Positions 50,575-63,577 are shown, numbered from the whole stretch's first letter. The stretch is 64,000 nucleotides of DNA, filler included, from Reticulomyxa filosa (GCA_000512085.1; 19 parts of 19 records of this genome joined end to end with filler, not necessarily neighbours in it); one strand, 5' to 3'. The notes: a model not told the origin generated them from the sequence alone. Numbers and translations are program-made.

Positions 50575-52729
50575 GCAAATACTTGAATAATTTTAATAGC
50601 TCACTTTGTTTGGAAATCATGTTTGACATGTTTGTGTGCAGGTGTGTGACTTGGGGTCATTGAGCGCTGTCAGTGTTTGATGACGACGATCTCAGGACAG
50701 GTTTTTCGTCAATGGCCCTCAAATACCCGACTAAAGAAAGGTTCCATTTTCGAGCTGTCTTATCAAACGGAAACGATCACCCATAATGATCAAATTGGTT
50801 TTTTGTGTTCTCTTTCTTTTTCCATCTCTTTTCTTTTGTTTCAGTGCTTGAATTAGGCCGCCAACAGCACACGCAATTTCGTCCCATTCGATGAATTGAA
50901 GCTTTGCGTATGGCTTGTGTTGCCACTGGACGAAGAGCTGGTCTCTGAGTTCTTGTTATTGTTGCTATTGCTATTACTGTTGCTGTTATACTGGCTGCTT
51001 CCGTTTTTCATCAATCTTTTTTATCTCTTTGTTGTACTTGTCTTTTCTTCTTTGTAATGGTCTCCACGTATCATTCCATCTCCAGTCCTCGTTTTTGTTT
51101 CGCAGGATTCTTTTTTTTAAAAAAAAATTTTTAAAATATTCTTTACATTTTCTCATTCACCATCCCTCCCCCCTCCTCCTGATAACTTCCCTTCCTAATG
51201 AGTTCACAATGCCGAAATTCGCAAGTACATTTTATTGTTATAAATAGAAAGATTGTTACCACCAACAAATACGAGAAAAAAAAAATTAAGCAGATTTTGG
51301 TGGATTTTTTATTGTTGTTAGTATGAAGAGTTAATTTTTTGTTGGGAGATTACTTCTCTTGCTTCTGTTGAAAACAAACCTCTTTGGTCATGCGGCTGGA
51401 GACAAAGGGAAATGAGTTTGGGATTGATACCATTGACTTGACTGAGCTGACAAAGCTGTTGGAACGAGGAATCAAACGGATGGCCGAAGTTGTCACAAGT
51501 ACGACTTATTTCATTCAATCCTAGAGGAACCAAAAAAAAAAAAAACTATCAAAGCAAATCTCGTAAAACACACAAAAACCAAAAGTATGGAATATCTGTG
51601 TGAATGTTGAGAGGAGGAGGGGGGGGAGGAAGGAAAGAAAGATCAGTTTTGCCCAGAGTGCGATTCAAAAACATAAACACACATACATACACTAATGCAC
51701 CAATGGACATACTGTGAATAGAAGCGACAGAATTGATGTTATTGAGTTGATTTTGGATAAGGAAGACGGAATACACAAAATGATCGTGTTTGTTGAATGG
51801 ATGAACCATGTGACTATGAGGAGAGGTTGAGATTAGAATCAAAGGTGTTGATCTGTTTTGTCAAAGTCATGCCCATTAAATTGGCGGGTATCGTAAGCAC
51901 AGGCATAGTTGCCAACAATACATTGGCAGTGGCTGCATTTACATTGACATTGACATTGACATTGATGTTTCTGTCATTGTGTCATTGTTGCAAGTGATGT
52001 TTCTTGTATCGACGTATCGATTGGGCGAGAGCCATCGTACATATGACCACTGCCGCCACTGTTACTGCTACTACTATTATTATTACTGCTATTGCCATTC
52101 GTATTCCCACTACTATTCATGACGCCATTGTTACCATAGCAGCCATTTTTTTCCAATGATTTTTTGGCATCTTTTTCTTGCACTACTGATACAATAAACT
52201 GTCATGGCCATCGTTGTTATGATTGCGTGTCAATTTTGCGTACATAATTGTATGTTCATTTGTGTTGACACTGTCATAATCATTATTACTATTATTATTA
52301 TCTATTATTCCAAGAATGGTTGGAGGTTTATTACAACAAAATTTGTCCCCTTTTCCACGAACACTTGTAAACAAAGGTGTATTTTTTTTTTTTATTGTCC
52401 TTGTCATCATTCCGCAGCATCTTTGTGCACGAGGTGAGATCCTTTTTCTTATTATGTCCCGTGGTCTTGTCCTTCTTTTGTTTGCTGCTCTTGCTATGCT
52501 TATTGCTCTTGCTGCCTTCGTGTGTTTTTTCAAACACTTTCATTTGCATGTTCATGTCTATTCTCATTTCTACTTCCATGCCGACCTTTTTGTCTTTTTC
52601 CAATCTACTCTTCGTGCCATTTGTTGTTGCATTGGCCGGCGATGCAATGGACTTTCCTTTTCTTTCTCTTTTTCAAGCTGCTCTATCTCTCTTTTGTAAT
52701 TTTCTCCACGCAAATGCAATTGATGATAG
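50575..52729 (-). CDS. Partial multi-exon low-complexity gene, no domain recognised
   Basis: K/N/S-rich exon-like pieces with frame breaks. Confidence 0.3.
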
Positions 52730-54904
52730 NNNNNNNNNNNNNNNNNNNNNNNNNNNNNNNNNNNNNNNNNNNNTTAATTAATTAANNNNNNNNNNNNNNN
52801 NNNNNNNNNNNNNNNNNNNNNNNNNNNNNTTTTTTTTTTTTTTTTTTTTTTTTTTTTTCCCCCCCCCCCCCCACCAAAAAAATAGTGTTGTTAGTGTCTT
52901 TATAGGAAAAGAGAAATATCCAGATGGTTCCAAATATAGTTATAAATATTTTTTTTCTGTTATTTAAAGATATAAAACTTAACTTTGTTTGTGTGCATAT
53001 AGGTCGTGGCAGTATAGGTATACCTTGAAAATGGGGTTGGAAAAAAGGGAGAAAGAAAAAGTAAGGAAAAAAAAGAAGATGGAATAATAAAAGAAAAAAA
53101 AAAAGAAAAAAAATGTAGTAATAATAAAAAAAAAAGGGATATTAAAAAGAAAAAGGAAAAAGAAAAAAGAAAAAGAAAAAGAAAAAAAAAAAGAAAAAGG
53201 GATTGGAAAAAAAATAAAAAAAGTGACATTATAGAAAAAAATAAATAATAAAGAAAGAAAAAGAATATTAATAAAGTAAAAAAATTATATTGATTTTTTA
53301 TTTTTATTTTTTAATTTGAAAATTGAATATCCCGCTCGGGATGATCGTTGCAGTAAGTTTCTCTATTTGTGTGTGTTTGTTTAAAAAAATGTATATGTAA
53401 ATATGTGGTTGAATGTTATAGAATACGATTCGATATGGCGAAGGATTAAAGTGGATGTGGAAGAATTGAATAATGCGATGGATCAATTGGCAAGACGCAA
53501 CAAACAATATCACAAGTATATATATAAGTCAATCCAGCCAATGTTTTAGTGCATCCCACTTTACCACAAACGCCGACACATGTAATATGTTAGTATCTAT
53601 AAATACAAATCGCTCGTCGTTTGAATAAAACTTTTATATACATATATGCAATTCAATATACAGCAATTCAAATACAATGATCCGTTTTCCATGATGCTCA
53701 ACAAGATTTCCCTGGGACAAACATGGACTCAAAAAAAATCAACAGACCACCAGTGATAACAGCTACATTATCCAACCACCTCGGTCTAAAAATTGATCTG
53801 GGATGAGGATGTCAAAAAAATTTGGAATGGAAACAACAACTTGATATTCCGGGCCATTGTCGATGTAATTACAGTTTTATTACGTCTGTAGCTTTTTCGA
53901 GATCGTGTTAGATATAAATCTGGAATAATAATCAAATTTACTATCGATTGTGTCAAATTTGTCCAAGGAGTTTCATTTTATCTATTATCGGATATCGACA
54001 AGCTCGTGCAAGATTGAACAAATATTATAAAGTTTTAATGCTTTGACCTTCAAGTTGAACAAGTGCCCACGTCATCGATATTTCGTGCTTAAGAATTGAA
54101 CGCTGCCTCCAAGATGAAACATCGAACAATACAAGATCAAGTTACACATGGGGAAAAAAAGGTCAATCGTCAAAGTGAAGAACAAGCAGACTGGAGTGAA
54201 TAATGGGATGCAGTCTTGCAAATTCGACATATCACCAACTCCAGAACAATCAAAAGAATGCATACAAAAGGACAAATACCAATCAATTCGAAGAACAGCA
54301 GCTTTATCTGAAGGTATATGCTATTTTTATAATATTTTCAGTGTTGTGAAATATCTTAACTAAAACAATGTGAGCATGGATCGTTTAATTGTAGGTTTGC
54401 AATAAAGAAAGAGATGAAAAAAAGAAAGAAAGATATTAAGTGAAGAAGAAAGGGAAAATAATGAAGTAAAAATATGGACCAGTAATATTGTGGCATATGG
54501 ATTTGACGACTGACAATGAATCGTGCAAGAATTGTGAGTTATTGAGAGATAGGCAAAGGGATAACGTGAATGAAGAGAATGATATAAGAAATTCGTTTCA
54601 CCAATACTTTGAGTGGTTATGAACGATATGTGTGGATTTTACTCGATTCATTTCAACTTGTCAATGCGCATAATTCGATCAATTGATATGGCTTTCGTGT
54701 TAACTTGGTGGAAAATATTAGTGCAATTTGATTGATAGCTGGATTGTTTTTTTAGATGTAAAAAAAACTGTTGTCATGGTCAAGTAAGATTGACATGAAA
54801 TGGCNNNNNNNNNNNNNNNNNNNNNNNNNNNNNNNNNNNNNNNNNNNNTTAATTAATTAANNNNNNNNNNNNNNNNNNNNNNNNNNNNNNNNNNNNNNNN
54901 NNNN

Positions 54905-55175
54905 CAAATAACATTATTGTTCGATGTTCATAATCAAATACACTAAAATAATCTTTCCATTTTCCATTCCATAACATACACAATCTTTTTGGAATGCCAT
55001 ATCTTGTTTTATATCTATTTAAAATGATTTGTTATATCATTTATATATTTATATCATTTGTTTTATTAACAACAAAATAAACACATACATGGTTTGATAG
55101 TTAATCACTGCTTGATAATATTTCCACAGATGTAATAATTGACATGACCATATTGATAATACCAATTATCATCAT
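54905..55175 (-). pseudogene. 5' exons of a third member of the ADP-ribosyltransferase-like family
   Basis: QLLHLWKYYQAVINYQT, an intron, then RYKTRYGIPKRLCMLWNGKWKDYFSVFDYEHRTIMLF. This aligns with QILHLWNCYRLVINLQT / RYKIRHRIKERVCILSNGKWKGYDILFDYQHRAIMLF at 57.77-58.0 kb. Confidence 0.8.
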
Positions 55176-55915
55176 ATCCTTTTTTAAACCCATAATACAG
55201 TATATTACAAAAAAAACTGCCATACCTAAATGGCATTATATGATTTTCTTCATGAAAAATAAAGATTTAAACCTAATTTTTAAAAAATATATATACTAAT
55301 CTTGTAGTTTTTAAATATTAAATTCCTTTTTTTTTCTAATTTTCTTTATTGTCTATATTTCTAATTGACATTTCAAAATTTTGACATTTAAAATGGTGAA
55401 ACATTTTAGTGCTTTTAAGAAAGGATTTAATTAGAAAAAATGGAGCCTGTTCGAAAAAAAAAGAAAAAAACCAAGTGTTTTTAACACCAAACTTCTTTTT
55501 TTTACTACATTTATTCTGATCCTGGCTGCTGGAAGGAAAAAATGAAAAATGAAAAAATTTTGTATCATGTACATAATAATTCAACAAATATTATTGTTGA
55601 CAACTCTTGTTCCACGGCCATATTTTGAAAAAACAGTCTGATTGTGATACTTTAAGAAGGCACAGATCAAGATTTAATACTTTCAAGTGACACTAAATAA
55701 CTTAGTAAAGTTAAAGGTTTAGATAAGCCCAATTTGAATAAATTTTGTACTTCGCATCTTCAAGAATTCGAGGAAAACGTTCCGTCGACATCCATTTGGG
55801 AGAAAGAAGCAAAAATAAAAATAAAAACGTAACAGAATTTTATATGAAGAATTATGTAGCAACGCAAACTAATAGCTAGGTTCGTGTTTGAGTTGCAAAC
55901 ACAAGTGTTATTCTT

Positions 55916-56800
55916 TCAAAGAGATCGATCAGTGATGTGTTGTTTAACAGAATAGTTTCGTAATAATTTCTTGGCAAAAATTTCTTTTCTTGCGTTGATC
56001 AATCGTTCAGAAGGACGATAATGTCTGAGCATTCACAAGTTACTGATAATAAAATGTGAGTGTATATGTGAGTATATTTTGTGATTTAACTTAAGATATC
56101 CATTCCAATCTGCAGGTATCAAGTTTGCTGCTTTCGCAATTAAAACTTTGACTCTGTCTGCAAATTCTTCTATGGTTTCATTGGGTCTTATGTGTTGAGG
56201 CTCCAGATAATGAACTTCTGCGACCATCTTTGTTCAAGATAAACAAAAAATTGCACACAAAAGACATCCACATGAAGGTGTTAGCACAAAAGCAACAATT
56301 TTGATCCCACTCAACTGCCCAGCTGGTCATTATGTCAAACAAGTGCCAATGAAATGGCCGTTCACGTGATATCCAATAAGCATCAACAAATGTTTTGCTA
56401 AATGTATTCAATTTTTATTTTTTTTAAGTTCCTTGCATTCAGTTTGGCACAGTCCGTTTTTTTTTTTTTTTTTTTTTTTTGTTCACAAAACTTGTATTTG
56501 ATGGCAATCGGGCATATCTCAGCATTCAGAGCAAATGTTCCCCTTTTAAATTGGATGACGTACTCGTTATTGACACAAGTGCCTTCTGGGAAAATAAGCA
56601 GACGTGGCTTATTGGGATCTTTAATATGGGCCTCAATTCGTTGGGTTGCCTTTTCTCGATCTTTTTGCTCTTCACGATTAAACCATATGCAATTCAGCGA
56701 TTTCAGTAATTCCGTTTGAACCCAGCCAATAAAAGGTTTACTGGCATGCAGCTGTCCCACTACACAAAAAGGGTGCATTTGCATCAGCAACAGCCACTTG
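55916..56800 (-). CDS. Glycerol-3-phosphate acyltransferase, GPAT3/GPAT4 (GPAT9)-type, 3' part
   Basis: VVGQLH, IWFNR, LLIFPEGTCVNN, FKRG, ICPIAIKY, FVDAYW.S, MTSWA, EEFADRVK..IAK, WNGYLK|HYRPS across GT-AG introns. Confidence 0.92.
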
Positions 56801-57739
56801 TTTTGTTTTGTTTTTTTTTTTTTTTTTTGTGAAAAGAAGTCATAAACAAACAAAATGCGTTTTGGTAAAGCGGGTTAGAGCACGCTTGAAAGTGTACTCT
56901 TTGTTATTCGTCCNNNNNNNNNNNNNNNNNNNNNNNNNNNNNNNNNNNNNNNNNNNNTTAATTAATTAANNNNNNNNNNNNNNNNNNNNNNNNNNNNNNN
57001 NNNNNNNNNNNNNAAAAAAAAACAAAAAAAACAGTCCCCTTTTTATCCAAATTTATCCTAACCGCTCAAAAGACAAAATTACGAACAACAAATTCAAAAT
57101 ATGGATAACATTATTTTCATAGTTATCATACAATTCAATTGTATATTTTTAATGTAATTCTAAGTAATGTTTAATAACAAAAATGTTTTGCATTTTCTTA
57201 AAGAAGAAAAAGATAGATAGTCGACTAGAATATGACAAGCATTAATTGAAAATACAAATGGATATTTTGAAAGAATAAAAAAGTGAAACGTAGTCAAAAA
57301 ATCATTTTTCAACATCCGTGCAAATACAATTATTTAAATGGATGGACAAGACATCCCGCTTTGTTGTAAATGAAAACATTAACAGGTGAATTCCGAGAAA
57401 TTTTTGATAAAATTTTTAACAATTTAACCATCTTTAAAAAAAAGATGTTTCGTAGAGAATTAAGCGTAATATTTCATTCAAAACTGTTTCAGATGATTAA
57501 CTACGAATGTTCTTCATGTTATTTCAGGATTGTTTGCGCTTAGCAACTCATTTAAAATCAATTTTCAATCTTTTATTTATAATTTTAACTGAACAAAGTA
57601 CTTTTTCTTGAAACGTTTCCAGTCAAGTTCAAAATAAAAAAAAGCTTGTTTTGAAGTTAATTTCATGATGTTTGCACAACTTCAACAAGCGTTCTCCAAG
57701 ATAGATGAAGGGATTATTTTAAAGGTATGGAATCGGTGT

Positions 57740-59773
57740 AAGATAATAATTAGTATTATCAGCATGATAAGATCCAAATATTACATCTGTGGAATTGTTA
57801 TCGATTAGTGATTAATCTACAAACAACGTATTTTTATGTGTTTCATTTTGTTATTTTAACAAACAAATGATGTCACTAATTATTTTAAATAGATATAAAA
57901 TAAGACATCGGATCAAAGAAAGAGTGTGTATATTATCAAATGGAAAATGGAAAGGTTATGATATTTTATTTGATTATCAACATCGAGCAATAATGCTATT
58001 TGACGAAAATAAATTAAAAACAAAATTATTACAAGTTGGAAACCCAAAAAAATCGTCATTGGAATTCAATGTCCATATCCAATATTACAACTATATTGAC
58101 GTCAATGATACACATGCCAAATGGACTTGTTTCATTCTCAATCATAATTGGCACTTCCGCACAATTAATTGGTCAGATAGAAACGATTTGTCGAACCTTA
58201 TATCAGTTAACGAAAGCAAAAACATACAAACATCTTCATCAGGTATCAATTATTAACTGTATAATTCAATCCCTTTTAAATAACGACACTGTTCAGTTTT
58301 TATATTTACACAAAAATACACTCCTTTTGTGTCATTTGGAAAGATGCCTCTAATAGGACACACAAAGAACCACTGAATCCATACTCAATGACTTTGAAAC
58401 AAGGACTGCAACATATAAAACATAATTTACAAATAAGAAGTCATTTTATAGATGGAAGAGATGAATTAATATATTTTAATGTAAATTTGATAAATGTAAA
58501 CCAGCAATATCAAAAACGAATGACTTAGATATATTATTACATGATATTTACAAACATCTTCCTCATTATCCAATTATTCAAGTAAATAAAAGGATCGTTC
58601 ATAGTACCCTACCAACGCACAATTGATATACAAAGAAACAATTTACCAAAAAGTGTTCCAGTTCAAGATACTGTTATTTCATCAAATCAAAAACCTAACT
58701 TTAATCCATTATTGTATGAACGTGATATTCATAAACTTAAAATCATTCAAGATACAGTAGAAATAAAGTTGACAAGGGACAATTCATTGCAGAAACTGTT
58801 ACACGAAGTAATAGAGAATGGCTATGTGCGTGATTTAATTGATAGACAATCAATATCTCACAAAAATATCCAACAAATTAATTATAATGAAAAAGATGAA
58901 GATGGTACATTGATATTAAATGACAACATATTAAACATATTAAATGAGCTGAAGATATTGTATCATGATGATATTCATAAACAAATGGGATATCCACTTC
59001 AATTATATCATATTTGTGCAATTTTATTATATTGTGGTAAATCATGTAATACTCAATTCAGTTATGATCAAATACAATTTAGACATCGTAAATGGCCTTA
59101 TTTGGATTTTTATTTGATGGAGGCTATCAAAATAATTCACTTCCATGAAAGAAGAGAAGGAATTATATTGTGGATTGAAAAATATTCGATTGGAAAATAT
59201 TAAAGAAATAAAATCAGGATTTTTCATAAGTCATGTAAGTACTTCTGATGATATTCAAGTTGCACAAATGTATAGAAGTGATCGAGGATGTATTTTACAT
59301 TTTCATCCTTCTATGAGGAGATCACTTTTAATTTCTAGTTGTGATGTATCATGGATATCTCCATTCAAACACGAACGTGAAATTTTGTTTGCAAGGTCTG
59401 AAATAAGTCATATGCATGATGAGAAAGTATATAAGGAACAGTATGCATGGAATGCAAAAGTAGAGAGCAAAGATGAATATACACAATGATATTATTGACA
59501 TGGGTTGTGTATGATCAGTATATCCAACAACTATGCAAATAAGTGGAATGTGGATTATTTGATCGATTTGAATCTTATCTATTCAATTTTGCTGATCACA
59601 CAAGGAGACATTGATCAAACTGTCGAACTGTTATCTGTTTTTAAAACATGGAGCATGCAACGAAACAATAAAAAGAAATATGAAGAAAAGAAGAATGAAT
59701 TTATGGAAAGACGTTGTTGTAATCACCATATAAATTTATTTTTTATTTTTTTTGCAGAAATACTTCCAGGATA
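57740..59773 (+). pseudogene. Near-full-length frameshifted gene: PH-like, ubiquitin-like, helical, ART (cholera-toxin-like mono-ADP-ribosyltransferase) and CUE-like segments
   Basis: ART motifs ELYCGL, FISHVSTSDD and DVSWISPFKHEREILF. At least five frame breaks (~58478, ~58590, ~59160, ~59487, ~59531), one of them an 11-nt deletion relative to the 12 kb copy. Confidence 0.8.
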
Positions 59774-59873
59774 NNNNNNNNNNNNNNNNNNNNNNNNNNN
59801 NNNNNNNNNNNNNNNNNTTAATTAATTAANNNNNNNNNNNNNNNNNNNNNNNNNNNNNNNNNNNNNNNNNNNN

Positions 59874-59935
59874 CGATATCCTATGATGATAATTGATTTT
59901 TCATGGAGAAAATCAATTATCATCATAGGATATCG
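59874..59935. repeat. Perfect 27-bp inverted repeat with an 8-nt loop at the contig end
   Basis: CGATATCCTATGATGATAATTGATTTT (59874-59900), loop TCATGGAG, AAAATCAATTATCATCATAGGATATCG (59909-59935). Confidence 0.95.
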
Positions 59936-61180
59936 TTTTAGGCGTTCAGTTTTCTTTGCAACCTACTGTAGTCATCGCAAGAGTCCAATAGCGCATGCAT
60001 TAATGTATGGTCAGAATGCCTGACCCTTTTGCATTCATCAGCATAAGCCAATTCTGTCGTAAGCGCAAACTTTGATTTGTGCCATCGCAAAAGGATTTCA
60101 GCTAGTTCTTCGTTAAATTTCGTTGATAATTGTAAAATTTCACTTGTACATTCTGCAACTCGATGTTTACCACCAAATGTCTCGCGTAGTCATAACATTA
60201 AGTCTTTAAACGAAGAGTTAACTTTGTTTGCAGATACCACACTGAGTGACTACGTATCTTGAGCAAAATGCATCTGATAATTGATACGTTTCTTTACATG
60301 ACGACAATTGTCTTCTATATTCCAGAAATTCATCACGAGAACATCGAAAAACTGGTCGGAATCTATTTGATGACCAATGCTAGCCTTGTTGATAAATCGT
60401 CTACACTGCTTCGTCAACGTTTTCGTATGTGCATTGTGCATCTGGATTAAAGATTGTTGCATTATCTTGATTTTGCTCAATGTCAAACAACTTTCTATTG
60501 TTTCTATCACAATGGAATTCTGATTCAAACGAAGTGGCGCTATTGTCTGATCTTGCAACTACCTCATTAGCGTCACATACATGTGACTCTATCTTTCGTT
60601 CCCCTGAATCATGCATTTTTTGACTGAAAAGCATATTTGTCAGCATCTGTAACTGTTCTATCATCGCATCCATTTGCATCTGCATTGTGTTGTTCACCGC
60701 TTGCTGATTTCCATCTTTATTGGATTCCGGTTTCGCAATAGTCTCCGAATCAGCATTCGAAAACACATTTTGTTTTCCGTTTTTGCTTGCATTGACATCG
60801 TTGTCGTCTTTTAAAAACTCCTGAGTTATCTCATGAATTTCGATATCCTTTTCTTTATCTTGGTGCTGGCTTTTGTGGTTATTTGACATAGACTCACTTT
60901 TATGTTTCATTTTTGCAAATTTTATTAATTTGTCTCTTGAACCCCCACTGATTCTTTGATCTTTCTCTTCGGAACATGAAACAGAGTTTTGTAGTGATTG
61001 TGACTCCATCTTCGCAATTCGATCGCCTAAACAGTGGGTGCCAAATGTAGAGAGAGAGTCAAGAAAGAGAGCTAAGCTAAACTAAAACGTACAAGAAAAT
61101 TGAGGATAAAAAAGAATGTTTTATTTTATGAATTGAGTTATTACAACTCTGGAGTCAGTTATGACTCATGTATCACTACA
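59936..61180 (-). mobile_element. 5' part of a decayed LTR retrotransposon (LTR, PBS, gag), probably Ty3/gypsy-like
   Basis: Candidate LTR 61180-61046 (TGTAG...CTACA, internal AATAAA), then TT, then PBS TGGCACCCACTG at 61043-61032. ATG at 61009. The downstream frame has a capsid-like SFKDLML*LRETFGGKHRVAECTSEILQLSTKFNEELAEILLRW. Confidence 0.75.
61032..61043 (-). promoter_or_regulatory. Primer-binding site, tRNA-Lys type
   Basis: TGGCACCCACTG lies 2 nt after the LTR-terminal CA and matches 10/12 to TGGCGCCCACCG, the complement of a eukaryotic tRNA-Lys 3' end as I recall it. Confidence 0.65.
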
Positions 61181-61614
61181 TTGCAATATGGATATTTTAA
61201 CCGTTTTAAATAATTCTGTTCCAGTTCTTCTTTTTCATGATGTATAAATTCTATTATTTCAGTAAACCAAAAGTAGCTGCAGACTTTCCGTTCTAACTTA
61301 AAAAAAAAAAAGAAAATGTCTTTGAAAAAAAAAATTTAATAAAACAGTAAAATGATTTTGAAAAATTGATAAAGAGTTATTGTTGGATATTTCAGAAAAA
61401 AAAATATTATAATGACTGTTTATATTTGGTGAAATTTCAAAGTATTGTTATATNNNNNNNNNNNNNNNNNNNNNNNNNNNNNNNNNNNNNNNNNNNNTTA
61501 ATTAATTAANNNNNNNNNNNNNNNNNNNNNNNNNNNNNNNNNNNNNNNNNNNNAAAAAAAAAAAAAAAAAAAAAAAAAAAAACAAACACACATACATACA
61601 TACATACATACACA

Positions 61615-62585
61615 CCTCAAATTATTAACAGTGCACTCATCGTAATCGAGTCCATAGAAATTGATATCGCCAGCATCTTCGTATGCATCGATATACAACT
61701 TCTCGCAAATTGGACTTAGACTTTCTTCCAGGTTGTGGCATTGGGCATCCCATGCGCTCATTATGTCTATGCAATCCAATCATAAAATAAAAACAACTTT
61801 GTCATCGTTTTCTTCTTTTTTTTTTTTTTTTTTTTGTCACAGCATTATAAGTGAACACTTAACAATCACTAACAATGCCGTGTCCATACAGCGACCGAAT
61901 GAAGCCAAACGAGTTTTCATAGTAATCCGTGTATGGGTTTCCTTTACAAAAAAAAAAAAAAAAAAAAAGGATGTTATTTCAGTTCATAGTATAGTTTTTC
62001 AATTTTTTTTTTTTCAATTCAATTCAATTCATTTTCTTACCAACAAGCAAGCCTTTAAAGTTGATATGAGGAGAATATCCCAAGTCGTTGTTCGTCAGTA
62101 TCGTCATTGCTAATGTTGGCAAGTAATGTCCAGCGTAGCTCTCACCTTTTTTTTATTTTTTTATTTTTGTGGTAGTATACGTATCTTCTTATTTTTATTT
62201 TTATTATTTATTATTATTTTTTTTTTTTTTTTTTTGAAAAAAAATACCCGAAATGGAGAAAGGATGCTTTGAATACTTTGGGAATTTGACGAGGAATGAT
62301 CGAATTGCGGCATCCATGTCCAGAGAAGCGTTTTTGTCTCCAGTGACATAGCTGTCATTGGCGTCCAAGACACTGAAGCCTACGCCGTAGGGCTGTTCAA
62401 TGTAGAAGATATTGGCCTTTGTGTTCCACGAATATTCGTTTACGTATAACTGCAAGTTCGGGTCAACCCAAAAAGGTCCATGTTCTGACAAAAGGCCTAG
62501 CAAGCCACTGCAACCGGGGCCGCCTTAGATTATTTTATAAGCAGTACACACACAGTAGCAATTATTCAAATGTCAAATATATACG

Positions 62586-62625
<40 letters not shown>

Positions 62626-63116
62626 TTAGTGAGCGTTATTATTAAGGGTCGCACTCGCATGTACAACACAGTCCTCTTTCTCTTACCATTTGTCCACATA
62701 ATCAATGGGTCTGTCAACGGGTCATCTTGCGATTCCACAAACCAATAAAACAACTGACGACCATCGTTCGCGTCCAAGTAACCCGAAAATTGACGGAAAT
62801 TCAATGTCTCCACATTTATTCCTGGCAGCTCGATTATCTCGTCGGCCAATGCACTGCTCGTATAGTCGTTGTTTTCGTTCGGGTCATTGTCCGCAGATGT
62901 ACTGTCACTCGCCTCTTTTGCGTTCACTGAAAAAGAAGATGACTTTGTTCCTGTCTCTTGTGTCAATTCATTACCGTACCACAGTCCGCTCGCTAATAAC
63001 AAACCACCCACAACTAACGCTGCCAATCCCGTTTTCAAGTTCTTACTTTTTTTTGTTGTCTGATCCGAAGAATGTCGCTCGGTGCTTAGGAGGGGACGCA
63101 CTTCTGTATGCATCAT
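61615..63116 (-). CDS. Serine carboxypeptidase (peptidase S10), partial
   Basis: N-terminal TM segment, ELPG...[28 protein letters not shown]|[32 protein letters not shown]|ESYAGHY, FKGLLVG|NP. Confidence 0.95.
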
Positions 63117-63577
63117 TTACACAAATATCTTTTCCTTCAACAGAAAGGAATAACAAGCAAAAAAAAAAAAAAAAAAAAATCTTGTTTCGCAGGTTTTGTT
63201 AAGCTGCAAGTCCGGAAAATACTAACAATTAACACAGATGCAATGCCGTCTGCAACTTCATCGGCCAAGAGGAGAAAAAAAAAATACATCCCCCTTTGGC
63301 ACAATGTATATCGTTTGTTGATACGTTTTACTAATCAAAATTCGTGCACCAACTTTTGAGTGGTCCGTCCCTTTTCAAAATAAAACTTGCAAGTAAGCCC
63401 CTTTCCATCATTGTTTTGTCAATAGAGCAATGGCAGATTCAGCACAATCCCTTCTAACTTTCGAAAAAGATTTGCGAGTAAATATGTGCATTTTTTTTTT
63501 TTTTTTTTGGTATTACACCGACCTACGCAAGTGCAGCTGAGAAAGCACGAGACAAAAACAAAAATCAGCACGCGTTT

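Noticed and set aside
52960-53300. Phe-rich membrane ORF
   Set aside because: It is a translation of an A/G-rich low-complexity tract.
54805-59873. Clustering of ART-family copies with GPAT and the retrotransposon
   Set aside because: The ART copy at 57.7-59.8 kb and the retroelement are on separate contigs from each other and from GPAT; adjacency across spacers is artificial.
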